Below the pieces are notes generated by a model, which saw only the letters and a list, made by a program, of their open reading frames with translations, did no database searches and had not been told where the DNA came from. Below are positions 50,226-60,300 of a stretch of 64,000 nucleotides of DNA, piece after piece. Position 1 is the first letter of the stretch, and each line of letters starts with the position of its first letter. The position numbers and the translations under genes are program-made. The stretch covers positions 124,001 to 188,000 of the IMG/VR virus record IMGVR_UViG_3300009430_000004. One strand, written 5' to 3'.

Positions 50226-50705
50226 ATGGCTAAAGGAAAAAGAAAATTCGTTGAGAAAATCGCTCGTATTAAGGAGCTTCAGAAAGAGGCTGAAAAGGAA
50301 AGAAGAAAGGCGATAATTGAGTGTGCTCACCAAAATGAAAAAGGCAAGCTCAAGATTCACCCAGTTAACGAAAAGGGTGATTATGAATGTAAATACTGTG
50401 AAGAGCAGTTCAACATGAACTCCATCAGCAGAAGTAACATTGAGGACGCAATCGAAACAATGCACAATGCTATTCAGCAAATCAGATGTTTCTCTGATCC
50501 TGAGGACGATGCTAAGCTTGTAAGATTACTTGGCGAACTTGACTTCAACATGCAGGAAGTTGGCGAGCTCTATGAGAGAATCGTTAACCTATACGGCAAG
50601 AACAAGAAGAAGAACAGGGGTGACAAGTACAAAGATCATGATAGCTTCGGTAGCTACGGTGCATCCTCATTAAGCTTCATTGGTGGCGGAAAGAAAAATA
50701 AATAG
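50226..50705 (+). CDS. Basic zinc-binding protein, probably highly expressed
   Basis: CAH...CKYC; Lys/Arg-rich termini; C-ending codon bias; two promoter motifs (50119, 50154). Confidence 0.7.
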   Translation: MAKGKRKFVEKIARIKELQKEAEKERRKAIIECAHQNEKGKLKIHPVNEKGDYECKYCEEQFNMNSISRSNIEDAIETMHNAIQQIRCFSDPEDDAKLVRLLGELDFNMQEVGELYERIVNLYGKNKKKNRGDKYKDHDSFGSYGASSLSFIGGGKKNK

Positions 50706-50892
50706 TAGAAAGCTGCATCAGTCTTTTTAGGTAGCGGATGTGTAAGATGGAGTACTCCATCTTACACATTCATTTTTGTCTGTTTTACAGACAATTATTT
50801 TTTGTATCAAAAGAAATTCCAATACGTAAGGGCGTAATAAATTACAAACTAACAAACATTATATTGGAGTATATTTAAGAAGGGGTGATATA

Positions 50893-53319
50893 ATGGAAAA
50901 GTTTGTAGATGATGTTATAGAGCATAAAGAGGATGACATCGAGAAAATACAGACTAAACCCAATATGTATATCAGCTACTCAGGTAGAAGGGGTTCTAAA
51001 CAGTTAGCTTATGAAAACATCAATAATGGTATTGATGAATGCATTAACCCTAATTCACCTGGAGATGAGATTGATATTGTAATTGATGAGACTGAAAACT
51101 CAATAAGTGTAACCGATAATGGTAGAGGAATTCAGTTTGAAAAGATGGAACTTGTCTGTACAAAGTTACAGGCTGGAAGTAAATTTACTAGAGAGGGAAG
51201 CGGTGGTTCTGCTGGTGAAAACGGTGTAGGTATGACCGCTATGAATGCTCTCTCAGACTGGTTTGAAATCATTTCATATAGATATGGTGAAAGAGCCAAG
51301 GTAAGATTTGAGTTAGGAAAGCTAGTTCAACCTCTTACTGTAAAGAAAGTATCTGGGGATAAACATGGAACAACGGTCGCATTTAGACCATCATCTATGT
51401 TCCTAGGAGAAGATTGTGCTATAGACTCTGATGAGTTATTGGCATGGACTGAAAAAATTATTTGTTTAGTACCACCTGAAATAAAGGTAAACTTTAATGT
51501 GATTAAGAAAGGAAAAGAATCAACAATCCAAAAGAAATTTAGAAATAAAAATGGTCTTTACGACTATTGCAAGAAGTTGGCTAAAAAGCCGCTTATAGAC
51601 CCAATTCATTTTATGAGAACAATGAAAATGATGGAGAGAGTGAATACAATAACACCATCTAATTTAGATGATGCTATGAAATCACCAAACTCGACATTTA
51701 AAGACGTAGAACGCTTTATTGGGCTAGAAGTGGCATTTACGTTCAATTCTGGTAGTGTAGACATGGTTGCTGATTCATTCTGTAATTTTATTAACACAGT
51801 AGAGAATGGTGTGCATGTAGATGCAGTTAAAACAGGTATATTACAATACCTAACTAAACAGACAAAAGATATGATGTCTGAGAAGGAAGCTAAGAATATT
51901 GATATAACCTTTGGTGATGCAGCTCAAGGTTTAGTATTAACAGTATACTTGAGCACTAATATGCAACCTCAGTTTGCATCTCAGACTAAAGAGAAGTTAA
52001 CAAATAACGATTTCTTCAAACCTCTAAGAGATATGTCTTATAGAGCTTTGGATGAATATTTTAAGAAGAATACAAAAGAGCTGAAGAAGCTTACTGATAT
52101 GATAAAGACTAATGCTAAGGCTAGAATAGAAGCCAACAAGGTTAGAAACTCAGTCATTAAAGGTGAGACAACTTCACTCGATGAGCATAAATTAAAGAAC
52201 TTTGCTCCTGCAAATAATAAGGGTAGAAATGAGTATAGAGAGTTATTCTTGATAGAAGGAGACTCAGCAATGGGCTCTGCTAGACAAGGAAGATTCGATA
52301 ATGACACTCAAGCACTATTTGCCCTTAAGGGAGTCCCCCTAAACTCATTTAGCTTAAAGCTTGACAAAGTATTATTAAATGATGAGTTTAGAGGATTAAC
52401 AAAAGTCTTAGGTTGTAACATAGGAGAAAGATTTGACATAACTAAGTTGAAGTATAAGAAGATTATCATCATGACTGACGCAGATATTGACGGTAATAGA
52501 ATTACATCACTTATTTGTGCATTCTTCTTAGTGCATATGCCTGAGATAGTAAAACAAGGTTATCTGTATAAAGCAGTTACGCCTTTATATAAAATAAAGG
52601 ATAATAAGAAACCTTTCATACTCAATAAACAAGAGTACATTGAAGTCTTTGAGGAAAGAGTTAGAAAGAACATCAGACTTATTAATCCTGAAACAAAGGT
52701 TGTATTCAAGGAAAAAGATATGAAGGAATTCTTGTTAAATAACAGAGAATACCTTGAAGAATTAGATAGAGTAGCAAATCATTTCGCAGTACATCCTATG
52801 ATAGTTGAATTCTTAGCTATACATATGGATGATAGCGACTTCCTCAAAAAGCTTAGAAAGAAATTCCCTGAATTGAAAGTTGATGAAGACAATGTATTGT
52901 CAGGTATATATGAAGGTAGATATCAGAATATAATACTTGATAAGATATTCAATAAAAGAGTCAACACTTTGAAGACTCTTATTAGAGAAGTCAATCAGAA
53001 TAAAGCTTATTACATTCTTCATGAAGTTAGAGGTAAGGAGTTCGAAGATAGAGGGTTAATGTCAATCGGTGAGTTGTTAACATTATGTGAAAAGTTCCAA
53101 CCTGAGATAGAAATGAGGTATAAGGGACTTGGTGAGTTAGACCCAGCTAAACTAAGAGAAACAACTCTTGACCCGAATAATAGAATACTTATCAAACTTA
53201 CTCTTGAAGACTTGGAAGCAGAGTTAACTAAGTTTAGAATATTACACGGAGATGACTCTGAAGAAAGAAAGAAGCTTATGGCACACTTCAAAATCAATAG
53301 GGAAGATCTTGATAACTAA
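50893..53319 (+). CDS. gyrB: Type IIA topoisomerase B subunit (GyrB/ParE)
   Basis: ENINNGIDE, DNGRGI, GENGVG (GHKL ATPase); EGDSA, MTDADIDG (Toprim); RYKGLGE. Confidence 0.95.
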   Translation: MEKFVDDVIEHKEDDIEKIQTKPNMYISYSGRRGSKQLAYENINNGIDECINPNSPGDEIDIVIDETENSISVTDNGRGIQFEKMELVCTKLQAGSKFTREGSGGSAGENGVGMTAMNALSDWFEIISYRYGERAKVRFELGKLVQPLTVKKVSGDKHGTTVAFRPSSMFLGEDCAIDSDELLAWTEKIICLVPPEIKVNFNVIKKGKESTIQKKFRNKNGLYDYCKKLAKKPLIDPIHFMRTMKMMERVNTITPSNLDDAMKSPNSTFKDVERFIGLEVAFTFNSGSVDMVADSFCNFINTVENGVHVDAVKTGILQYLTKQTKDMMSEKEAKNIDITFGDAAQGLVLTVYLSTNMQPQFASQTKEKLTNNDFFKPLRDMSYRALDEYFKKNTKELKKLTDMIKTNAKARIEANKVRNSVIKGETTSLDEHKLKNFAPANNKGRNEYRELFLIEGDSAMGSARQGRFDNDTQALFALKGVPLNSFSLKLDKVLLNDEFRGLTKVLGCNIGERFDITKLKYKKIIIMTDADIDGNRITSLICAFFLVHMPEIVKQGYLYKAVTPLYKIKDNKKPFILNKQEYIEVFEERVRKNIRLINPETKVVFKEKDMKEFLLNNREYLEELDRVANHFAVHPMIVEFLAIHMDDSDFLKKLRKKFPELKVDEDNVLSGIYEGRYQNIILDKIFNKRVNTLKTLIREVNQNKAYYILHEVRGKEFEDRGLMSIGELLTLCEKFQPEIEMRYKGLGELDPAKLRETTLDPNNRILIKLTLEDLEAELTKFRILHGDDSEERKKLMAHFKINREDLDN

Positions 53320-53320
53320 T

Positions 53321-53347
53321 GGGCTAGAAATCTAGCCCTATTTTTTT
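53321..53347 (+). terminator. Intrinsic terminator between gyrB and gyrA
   Basis: GGGCTAGA-AA-TCTAGCCC followed by a T tract, then TATATATTAT at 53352-53361. Confidence 0.75.
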
Positions 53348-53387
53348 AAAATATATATTATTGATATAGCAATGATGAGGGAGGTAA

Positions 53388-55793
53388 TTGTTAATGGGAA
53401 AGAAAGAAAAAAAGAAACGTAATAAAACTGCCGATTATAACGGCAATATAGAAATACGTAATATAGGAAATGAATGTACAGCACTTATGAAGATATTCGG
53501 TGCTAACAATAATCTTATGAGGCATCTTCCATTCGTAACAGATGGATTAAAGCCTGGTGAGAGAAGAATACTTTATACAATGTATGAGGAGCTTAAAGCT
53601 GTATATAATGGTAGATTTAAAAAGGTATCTGCTATTGTAGGGCAGACATTATTCTATCACCCACACGGTGAAGCTCCAGTATATGATACAATAACAAAAT
53701 TAGGTCAGCCATGGAATAACATTCAATGTCTAGTAGATGGAGGAGGAAACTTCGGTTCACCTATGGGAGATGATGCAGGAGCTTCTCGTTACATTGAGGC
53801 AAGATTGAGCTTCTATTCCCATAAGTGTTTCTTTGAAGAGTTTAGTCCTAACATAGTAGATATGAAGCTCAATTATCTTAATGATAGAAGAGAGCCTGAA
53901 TATCTTCCATCAAGATATCCAAATGTGCTGATTAATAATACCTTTGGTATAGGTTATGGAGTTGCATGTGGTCTTCCTACTTATAATCTAAAAGAAGTTT
54001 TAGCTTTAACCATAAAACTTTTGGATGACCCAGATTATGAAGATGTAACTCTTATACCTGATAGTCCAACAGGGGCTTATGTTATAGATGAAGGACAATT
54101 TAAAGAAATATCTGAGACTGGAAAAGGTAAGTTTAAAATGAGAGGTGTTATGGACATTAATGAAACTGAGAACACCTTGACTATTAGATCAGTACCTCTA
54201 CAAGTTTCAGCAATTGATGTTAAAAATGACATCATATCATTATTTGAGGAAAATAAGATACAGGGACTAAAGGATATTAGGGACGACTCTGATATCGGTT
54301 ATATCGAGTTGGTTCTATATCTTAAGAAAGAAGTAGACCCAGTATCCATAATGCATACTATATACACTAAGACAAATATGGAGAAGACATTCCCTGTAAA
54401 CTTCAAATTAATTGATGATTATGAGGATTTCGACTTCAATGTAAGGTCTTTACTTCTTAACTGGATTGACTTCAGAAGAGAAACAAAAAGAAGACTTTAC
54501 AATCATAAGCTCATTAGAGCTAGAGAAAGACAGCATATTCTCGAGATACTATTATTCATATTAAATAAGGATAATGCTGAGAAAACTCTGAAGATTGTAA
54601 AGCAGTCTGAAAATAAGAAAGAAATTATAAGTAAGCTTATGAAAGAATATGGTATATCATCATTACAAGCGGATACTATTTCGGAGATGAAAATGACTGC
54701 ATTCTCAAAGGAAGCTTATAAGAGATACGTGGAAGAGAAGAAAGATATTGACGACAAAGTTGAAAAGTTTGAGAAAATAGTACGTTCCTCAAAGAAAATA
54801 GACAAGATGATTAAAGAAGAACTTGAGGAAGGTATCAAACTATTCGGAGAGGATAGAAGAAGTAAGGTAATCACAATTGATGGTGAAACTAAGATAAGAG
54901 ATACTAATCACTTAGTTGTATTGACATTGAATGGTTTCATTAAGAAACTACCTGATAAGTCAACAACTATAGGATTTATCAATCAAGGTGACTATCCAAT
55001 TGAAATTATCGAGATTAAGAATACTTCTGATTTACTAATCTTCGATGAGACAGGAAAGATTTCTAAGTTGCCAATACATCTATTACCTAATAATGATTTG
55101 AACGGTGAGGGTGATAAGATAAGCAAGTATTGTGCAATCAATGGAAAGATTACAACAATAATTCCAAAACCTACAGATTTAGTGTTGTCTCAAGTTAAAG
55201 TACCAATATACTTCTTAATGGTTACAAAGAAAGGTGTCATCAAGAAGACTTTAGCTAATCATTATACTAACATCAAGAATGAGTTGTTAGGTATGATAGT
55301 TAAAGATGGTGATGAACTGAAATCAGTTAAGTTGTTAGCTGGAGATAAGAATGTCGTTATTTATACTAATAAAGGTTTTGGTGTAAGAATATCTTCAACT
55401 GAAATAAAAGAAACTAGCAGAATGAGTATAGGTGTTAAAGCTATTGAAATGGGACTTGATGAAGAAGTCATAGGGATGGATATAGTTAATGAGAAAGATA
55501 AATATCTATTCTGCTTAACCAATAAAGGCACAGGAAAGAAATCTTCATTGGACACTTTTGCTGTGATGGATAGGAATAGTAAACCTCTAAGATTAGTTAC
55601 TTTGGATGCTGACGAGGATTTAATGTTGGTTAGAGTGGTTAAGGGTAACGAGGTTTATAAAGCATATCTAAAGAATACAGTTGAAGAAATCAAATTGCAG
55701 GATGTAATAGAATTACCTAGATTATCTAAAGGTAAGAAACTAATTCCTGTAAGAAAAGGTGAGGTAATAATTGATATAAAAGAAGTGAAGTAG
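53388..55793 (+). CDS. gyrA: Type IIA topoisomerase A subunit (GyrA/ParC) with beta-pinwheel CTD
   Basis: DGLKPGERRILY, YHPHG, GNFGS, catalytic SRYIEARL, C-terminal 'T..G..K' blades. Confidence 0.95.
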   Translation: MLMGKKEKKKRNKTADYNGNIEIRNIGNECTALMKIFGANNNLMRHLPFVTDGLKPGERRILYTMYEELKAVYNGRFKKVSAIVGQTLFYHPHGEAPVYDTITKLGQPWNNIQCLVDGGGNFGSPMGDDAGASRYIEARLSFYSHKCFFEEFSPNIVDMKLNYLNDRREPEYLPSRYPNVLINNTFGIGYGVACGLPTYNLKEVLALTIKLLDDPDYEDVTLIPDSPTGAYVIDEGQFKEISETGKGKFKMRGVMDINETENTLTIRSVPLQVSAIDVKNDIISLFEENKIQGLKDIRDDSDIGYIELVLYLKKEVDPVSIMHTIYTKTNMEKTFPVNFKLIDDYEDFDFNVRSLLLNWIDFRRETKRRLYNHKLIRARERQHILEILLFILNKDNAEKTLKIVKQSENKKEIISKLMKEYGISSLQADTISEMKMTAFSKEAYKRYVEEKKDIDDKVEKFEKIVRSSKKIDKMIKEELEEGIKLFGEDRRSKVITIDGETKIRDTNHLVVLTLNGFIKKLPDKSTTIGFINQGDYPIEIIEIKNTSDLLIFDETGKISKLPIHLLPNNDLNGEGDKISKYCAINGKITTIIPKPTDLVLSQVKVPIYFLMVTKKGVIKKTLANHYTNIKNELLGMIVKDGDELKSVKLLAGDKNVVIYTNKGFGVRISSTEIKETSRMSIGVKAIEMGLDEEVIGMDIVNEKDKYLFCLTNKGTGKKSSLDTFAVMDRNSKPLRLVTLDADEDLMLVRVVKGNEVYKAYLKNTVEEIKLQDVIELPRLSKGKKLIPVRKGEVIIDIKEVK

Positions 55794-55827
55794 GGGTATC
55801 CCCTACTTCACTCTTATTTTAAAGGAG

Positions 55828-56466
55828 TTGAAAATAATGACAATCAATTTCTATGATGTTGTAACAAAAATGAATGAATTAAAGAATAAGGTATCATATA
55901 TAAGGATAGATTTTAATATTGAACAAATAAAACCTGAGAATCAAGATGCCCCTATAATAACACCAAGATACACGGTTGCTTTTATCGAGCCACCTAGATT
56001 TATTGTAAAGATAAAAATATATAAATCTTTGCATGATATGTTATTGAGGGAGATTGAATTTGACTTAAGTCAGTTCAATGTAGCATTTGAATATGTAAAG
56101 GCATTATGTATCACAGATGACCATGATCGTCATATTAGCACAATAGTCTATAATTATAATTCGGCTCAAATAGAACAACATATGGAGAAGGTAAAGAACT
56201 TCTACAGCTTCGTTGGTAATTTCAATATTAGGAATGGTGTCTATAGATCGGTTGAAGAAGCTTATAATTCCTTTGAAGCTTATAGTAGAAGATTCTATGC
56301 TTCATTTGCTTCCAGAATACCACCTATAGAGATGGGTAAGATAAATAATATGAAAGAAGAAATGAAGCAGTTATCAAGGATAATAATGGATGAGAAATAT
56401 ATGTATATTATAAAGGACACATTAAACTTCTCATTGTTGGATGATGAGAAACTATACTGGTTATAA
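55828..56466 (+). CDS. Hypothetical protein
   Basis: 212 aa; AAGGAG RBS; terminator at about 56465-56495. Confidence 0.65.
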   Translation: MKIMTINFYDVVTKMNELKNKVSYIRIDFNIEQIKPENQDAPIITPRYTVAFIEPPRFIVKIKIYKSLHDMLLREIEFDLSQFNVAFEYVKALCITDDHDRHISTIVYNYNSAQIEQHMEKVKNFYSFVGNFNIRNGVYRSVEEAYNSFEAYSRRFYASFASRIPPIEMGKINNMKEEMKQLSRIIMDEKYMYIIKDTLNFSLLDDEKLYWL

Positions 56467-56538
56467 AAGGAGGATTATCCTCCTTTATTTTTTTTCCAAT
56501 TAATTGGAACAAATTAGTAATTACCATAAGAAGGGGAG

Positions 56539-57063
56539 ATGGGGATGGATAGACAACCAAGGATTATAGATGAAACCTTTTTAATGGAGTTCGCTAAATC
56601 CTATAACACACTGAAAGACGATGGCATGATTCCAGTTGGCATCAAAAAGAAGCTAATGGTTGAATTTGAATGCAAAGAATCGTCTTACTACAGATATCTT
56701 CAACTAGCAAGAGATAAAGGGTATGTGTCCGACAGTTATGAGGAGAACACGACAGCTATGAGAAAAAGAGAAGCCAAACTCAGAGAAGCTCATAAAGTTA
56801 TTGAACCTGATATGGCTGCAACTCTTAGAGAGATACTGTACGGTAATGAAACAAAGGTAGAGGAGAAAGCTCCTGAAAAAGAAAGCGACATATTTATAAG
56901 TTTACATAGTGGTTATGAAGACTCTAAAGATGCTGAAAAATATTTTGTTGTAAAAGAGGAGTCAAGTATCGCTCAACCCACGCCAGAACCGCCCAGTAGG
57001 GTTAAACCTTCAATCGGTACTATCTTGATGGATTACGTCAAGAAAATTTTCACAAAAAGATAA
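56539..57063 (+). CDS. Hypothetical protein, possible N-terminal helix-turn-helix
   Basis: 'LMVEFECKESSYYRYLQLARDKGYV' is HTH-like; late promoter at 56508-56520. Confidence 0.45.
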   Translation: MGMDRQPRIIDETFLMEFAKSYNTLKDDGMIPVGIKKKLMVEFECKESSYYRYLQLARDKGYVSDSYEENTTAMRKREAKLREAHKVIEPDMAATLREILYGNETKVEEKAPEKESDIFISLHSGYEDSKDAEKYFVVKEESSIAQPTPEPPSRVKPSIGTILMDYVKKIFTKR

Positions 57064-57101
57064 GATATACGGCTAAAAACCGTATATCTTATCTTATTTT
57101 T

Positions 57102-58268
57102 TTATGCTTCTTCCTTTTCATAAAGGACATTAAATACTTCCCTTATATCCATCTTACCATCAAACATATCCTCATTGAACTTTCTTAACCAAGCTGAAAG
57201 CATTTGTTGCTTCTCATATGTTGGGTCATTGAGGTAGTTTTCATAGTAACCTTTATAAGCTGCAAGGTTATCCTTTAATTCTTCCTTCAAATCCTTCGGA
57301 AGGTTTGGATCATCCAAATCCCTTTCGAGTTTGTTAATCATATTCTTCATTCTTGTCTGATTCTTAGGATGTACACCTATGAATGTAGACATGATATTCT
57401 GCATAATTCCAGCTATGTCATCAATAACATTAAGAACTGGAACATTTCTAACTATTCTGTTGTACATTTTATTTGGGTCATTCTGCAACTTATCTAACGC
57501 TGTTGCAAGTGGCTGTGCATACCCATATGATGCAGCAAAGCTATCAGAGAATCTCTCCATACCATATCTAAATAGGTTTGATATGTCGAAATTAACAACC
57601 TGTTGAGCCATAGCAAGTGGGCTACCAAGTAATGGTCCAGAAATGTGATAAAGAAGTCTATTAAGCCCAGCACCTATATTATAGAATACTGATAGATACT
57701 TCTTAAAGAACCTTTCAACACCCATTCTGATTTCAGTTATTAACTGTACAACCCAATGCTGAACAGCCCAGCCTATAGGACTGTATAACAGAGTTGGTAT
57801 TGTGCATAGGAAGTAAAATGGAGATGTGTCAAAATTGTGTCCTATCTCATGAAGTATGATAGCCATCATTTCTTTCTCATTCAATTTAGTCTGAGAAATA
57901 AGTGCTGTGTCAAGGAACACATAGATTTTCAATCTCTCATTGATAAATTTACCTGATTCTTCCCTTTTCTCGATGTTCTTAAGATACATCATAGGGAAAG
58001 ATGATATTGGTGTGCAGGCATTAGGTACTGAATCTTGCCAGTGAATTTTAATATACTTAACTCCAAAGAAATCAGCAAGAATCTTCTGTAATTTCTGGTT
58101 AGGTTCTGATTTATCTATATCAGTCATCGCCCTGAAAATACTCTTATCGTTATCCTTTCTGATTATCTCTGCAATTTTAGCAAGTTCTGCCTCCGCTGCT
58201 TCGAATTGTTTAGGCTTACCTAGATAAGCTTCCATAACAGGGTTATTTTTTCTTGAAAAAATAGCCAC
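57102..58268 (-). CDS. Zincin (M48-like) metalloprotease-domain protein, probably virion-associated
   Basis: AIILHEIGH, ERFSDSFAASYGY..LATALDKL, HP...R; late promoter at 58304-58316. Confidence 0.7.
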   Translation of the reverse strand: MAIFSRKNNPVMEAYLGKPKQFEAAEAELAKIAEIIRKDNDKSIFRAMTDIDKSEPNQKLQKILADFFGVKYIKIHWQDSVPNACTPISSFPMMYLKNIEKREESGKFINERLKIYVFLDTALISQTKLNEKEMMAIILHEIGHNFDTSPFYFLCTIPTLLYSPIGWAVQHWVVQLITEIRMGVERFFKKYLSVFYNIGAGLNRLLYHISGPLLGSPLAMAQQVVNFDISNLFRYGMERFSDSFAASYGYAQPLATALDKLQNDPNKMYNRIVRNVPVLNVIDDIAGIMQNIMSTFIGVHPKNQTRMKNMINKLERDLDDPNLPKDLKEELKDNLAAYKGYYENYLNDPTYEKQQMLSAWLRKFNEDMFDGKMDIREVFNVLYEKEEA

Positions 58269-58303
58269 AATTTTATCATCCCTTTCATTTATTAGTTTTC
58301 CAT

Positions 58304-58333
58304 TTAATTTATTGTTTTAAAACAATTAAATAA
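58304..58333. promoter_or_regulatory. Back-to-back divergent late promoters
   Basis: Near-palindrome TTAATTTATTGTTTTAAAACAATTAAATAA gives AACA-N6-TAA on both strands. Confidence 0.7.
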
Positions 58334-58358
58334 GATAAAATAATAAAGGGGTGATATT

Positions 58359-59519
58359 ATGGCAAATGATAGAGTATTATTAAATGAATTATACCCTTTA
58401 ATAGAGAAGGGTCTATCCAAAAAAGAAAATACCCAGAAGCTTAAGCTGGCTGTAAGCCAATTCCTTGATAGGAACAATGAAAAATTAACCACTAATGGTC
58501 CAGTATATAGAATTATATTCTCAGAAGAGGATGCTAATAAACTATACGAAGCTATAGAAGTTGACCCGCTTACAATCAAGGGAATAATTAATAGGTCACC
58601 GACAATTAAGAGTCAGTGGCAGATAATGAATAATCCTTTCAACTCTGCAATAGCCTTGACTATTAGATATTATAAGGTTAACAAGAACCCTGAAATGGTT
58701 AATGCAACGCTTATATATTTAACAATGTCAATGTATCCATCATTACACTATAAGTATTTTCAATATGAACCTAATGAAAATATAATGAATTATACCATCA
58801 ATAATCTATCAAATAAGTTTAAAATCAAACAAACTGGTACAATTTATGCTGCCTTAGTAGATACTGTACAAGTTAGTGATAGGACTTATACTGACGATTT
58901 GATACGTGGTACTGATAAGGATATCGTTGACTATATCGAAGCAGTTAAGACAAGAATGAATAGTTTGCTTAGAAAAATATCAAATGAATTTTATGAGAAT
59001 GATAAAAAAAAGAATTATCTTAATACTGAAAGCGATAGCTTCGAAGAAGATAATTATCATGAAGCTGATAGCAATATCTACGCTGTGGAACGTGTTACTA
59101 ACAATGTCGTCCTAAAACTTATAGTTAATGGACCAAATATACAGCTAGTTAATATTGCGGCTAAAATGAGCCAAGTAAGTGTTAGTGAACTGAGGAATTA
59201 TGTTAATACCTTGGTTATCGGGGAGAATCGTGAACAAATTAAGACTGTTGTTGAATGTATTTTATTCTTATATTTATTTGATTCACAGAACAAAGTTGAG
59301 GATATAGGAAGCAATAAATTCCTATTCTATTGTCTTGAAGTATATAAGAAATCTAATACTACAGACGAGAATATCATAAAGATTAAGAAGATTCTTGATG
59401 AATGGTTGGAAGACTTAGGAACATACAAAAAAACTCAGAGACTTGCTACTATCAATAATTTTAGAAGGGCTTTGTTTACCTTCTTCGTTCTAAGTATTCA
59501 ACATACGGGAAATAGCTAG
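58359..59519 (+). CDS. Conserved hypothetical alpha-helical (probably virion) protein
   Basis: 386 aa; late promoter at 58321-58333. Confidence 0.55.
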   Translation: MANDRVLLNELYPLIEKGLSKKENTQKLKLAVSQFLDRNNEKLTTNGPVYRIIFSEEDANKLYEAIEVDPLTIKGIINRSPTIKSQWQIMNNPFNSAIALTIRYYKVNKNPEMVNATLIYLTMSMYPSLHYKYFQYEPNENIMNYTINNLSNKFKIKQTGTIYAALVDTVQVSDRTYTDDLIRGTDKDIVDYIEAVKTRMNSLLRKISNEFYENDKKKNYLNTESDSFEEDNYHEADSNIYAVERVTNNVVLKLIVNGPNIQLVNIAAKMSQVSVSELRNYVNTLVIGENREQIKTVVECILFLYLFDSQNKVEDIGSNKFLFYCLEVYKKSNTTDENIIKIKKILDEWLEDLGTYKKTQRLATINNFRRALFTFFVLSIQHTGNS

Positions 59520-59686
59520 AAAAAAAAGCGGGGTCAGAGATAAAAGCATAAAGCCTGGCGTATAGCCCCCCATTGACCCCCCCATCATGTGGGAAATTAA
59601 ACCATGTAAACCATGGATGATGGCTGTTTAAATAGTCACCACATTATCATTTCCCAAGGAATTGACATATTATATATACACACATG
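59520..59686 (-). ncRNA. Candidate structured non-coding RNA (~165 nt)
   Basis: GC-enriched, no credible ORF; lies downstream of the bipartite promoter (59690-59720); several complementary segments; ends in a GGGGTCA...TGACCCC stem + T8. Confidence 0.55.
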
Positions 59687-59689
59687 ATA

Positions 59690-59720
59690 ATAATATATAT
59701 TTTATTAGTGTGACTTTACG
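59690..59720 (-). promoter_or_regulatory. Bipartite motif CGTA-N17-TATATATTAT
   Basis: Minus strand reads CGTA AAGTCACACTAATAAAA TATATATTAT. Confidence 0.75.
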
Positions 59721-59760
59721 AATTATAAAAAAATAAGGAAGATGATTAATTTCATCTTCC

Positions 59761-60300
59761 TTATTTTTCTAACTCATTTATTAACTTATTCATTATAACA
59801 GTATTACTTATATATCGTAATACAGTTGGATCATTACTTAATGCCTGCCTGCATATATCTTCAGTTTGAATCTTGCAGAATTGTAATGCTCTAGGAGTTT
59901 TCTTAACAGCTTCCATGCATATTTCTTCAGTCTGTTCTTTTACAAATTGTAATGCAGTACCATTCTGCCTAACAGCTTCTATACACAGCTCATGAGTTTG
60001 GTTATCCTTTATCATATTAAGTATCCTACCATTACGCTTAACAGCTTCAAGCTTCATTTCATATGTAGGATTCATTATAAACTGATATGACAAAGGATTG
60101 TTTCTAATAGCCATTAGACATAATTCCTCAGTTTGGCTTTTAACATATTCCAAGGCATCACCATTCTGTGTAATGGCTACACGACATGCTTCCTCAGTTT
60201 GTGGACTAAAATACCTCAATAACAATCCGTCACGCCTTAAATCGTCAATAATAACAGATGGTAAATGATAGTGGTTTCCTCTCATAGCAAATTCTCCCAT
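59761..60300 (-). CDS. DUF4116-like helical repeat protein
   Basis: Tandem ~24-aa repeats 'QTEE.C..AV.QNG.ALQFVK'. Confidence 0.75.
   Translation of the reverse strand: MGEFAMRGNHYHLPSVIIDDLRRDGLLLRYFSPQTEEACRVAITQNGDALEYVKSQTEELCLMAIRNNPLSYQFIMNPTYEMKLEAVKRNGRILNMIKDNQTHELCIEAVRQNGTALQFVKEQTEEICMEAVKKTPRALQFCKIQTEDICRQALSNDPTVLRYISNTVIMNKLINELEK

Noticed and set aside
59520-59580. tRNA (minus strand GGGGGCTATACGCC resembles a tRNA 5' end)
   Set aside because: No cloverleaf, no GTTCRA T-loop and no matching acceptor stem; kept only as part of the candidate ncRNA.
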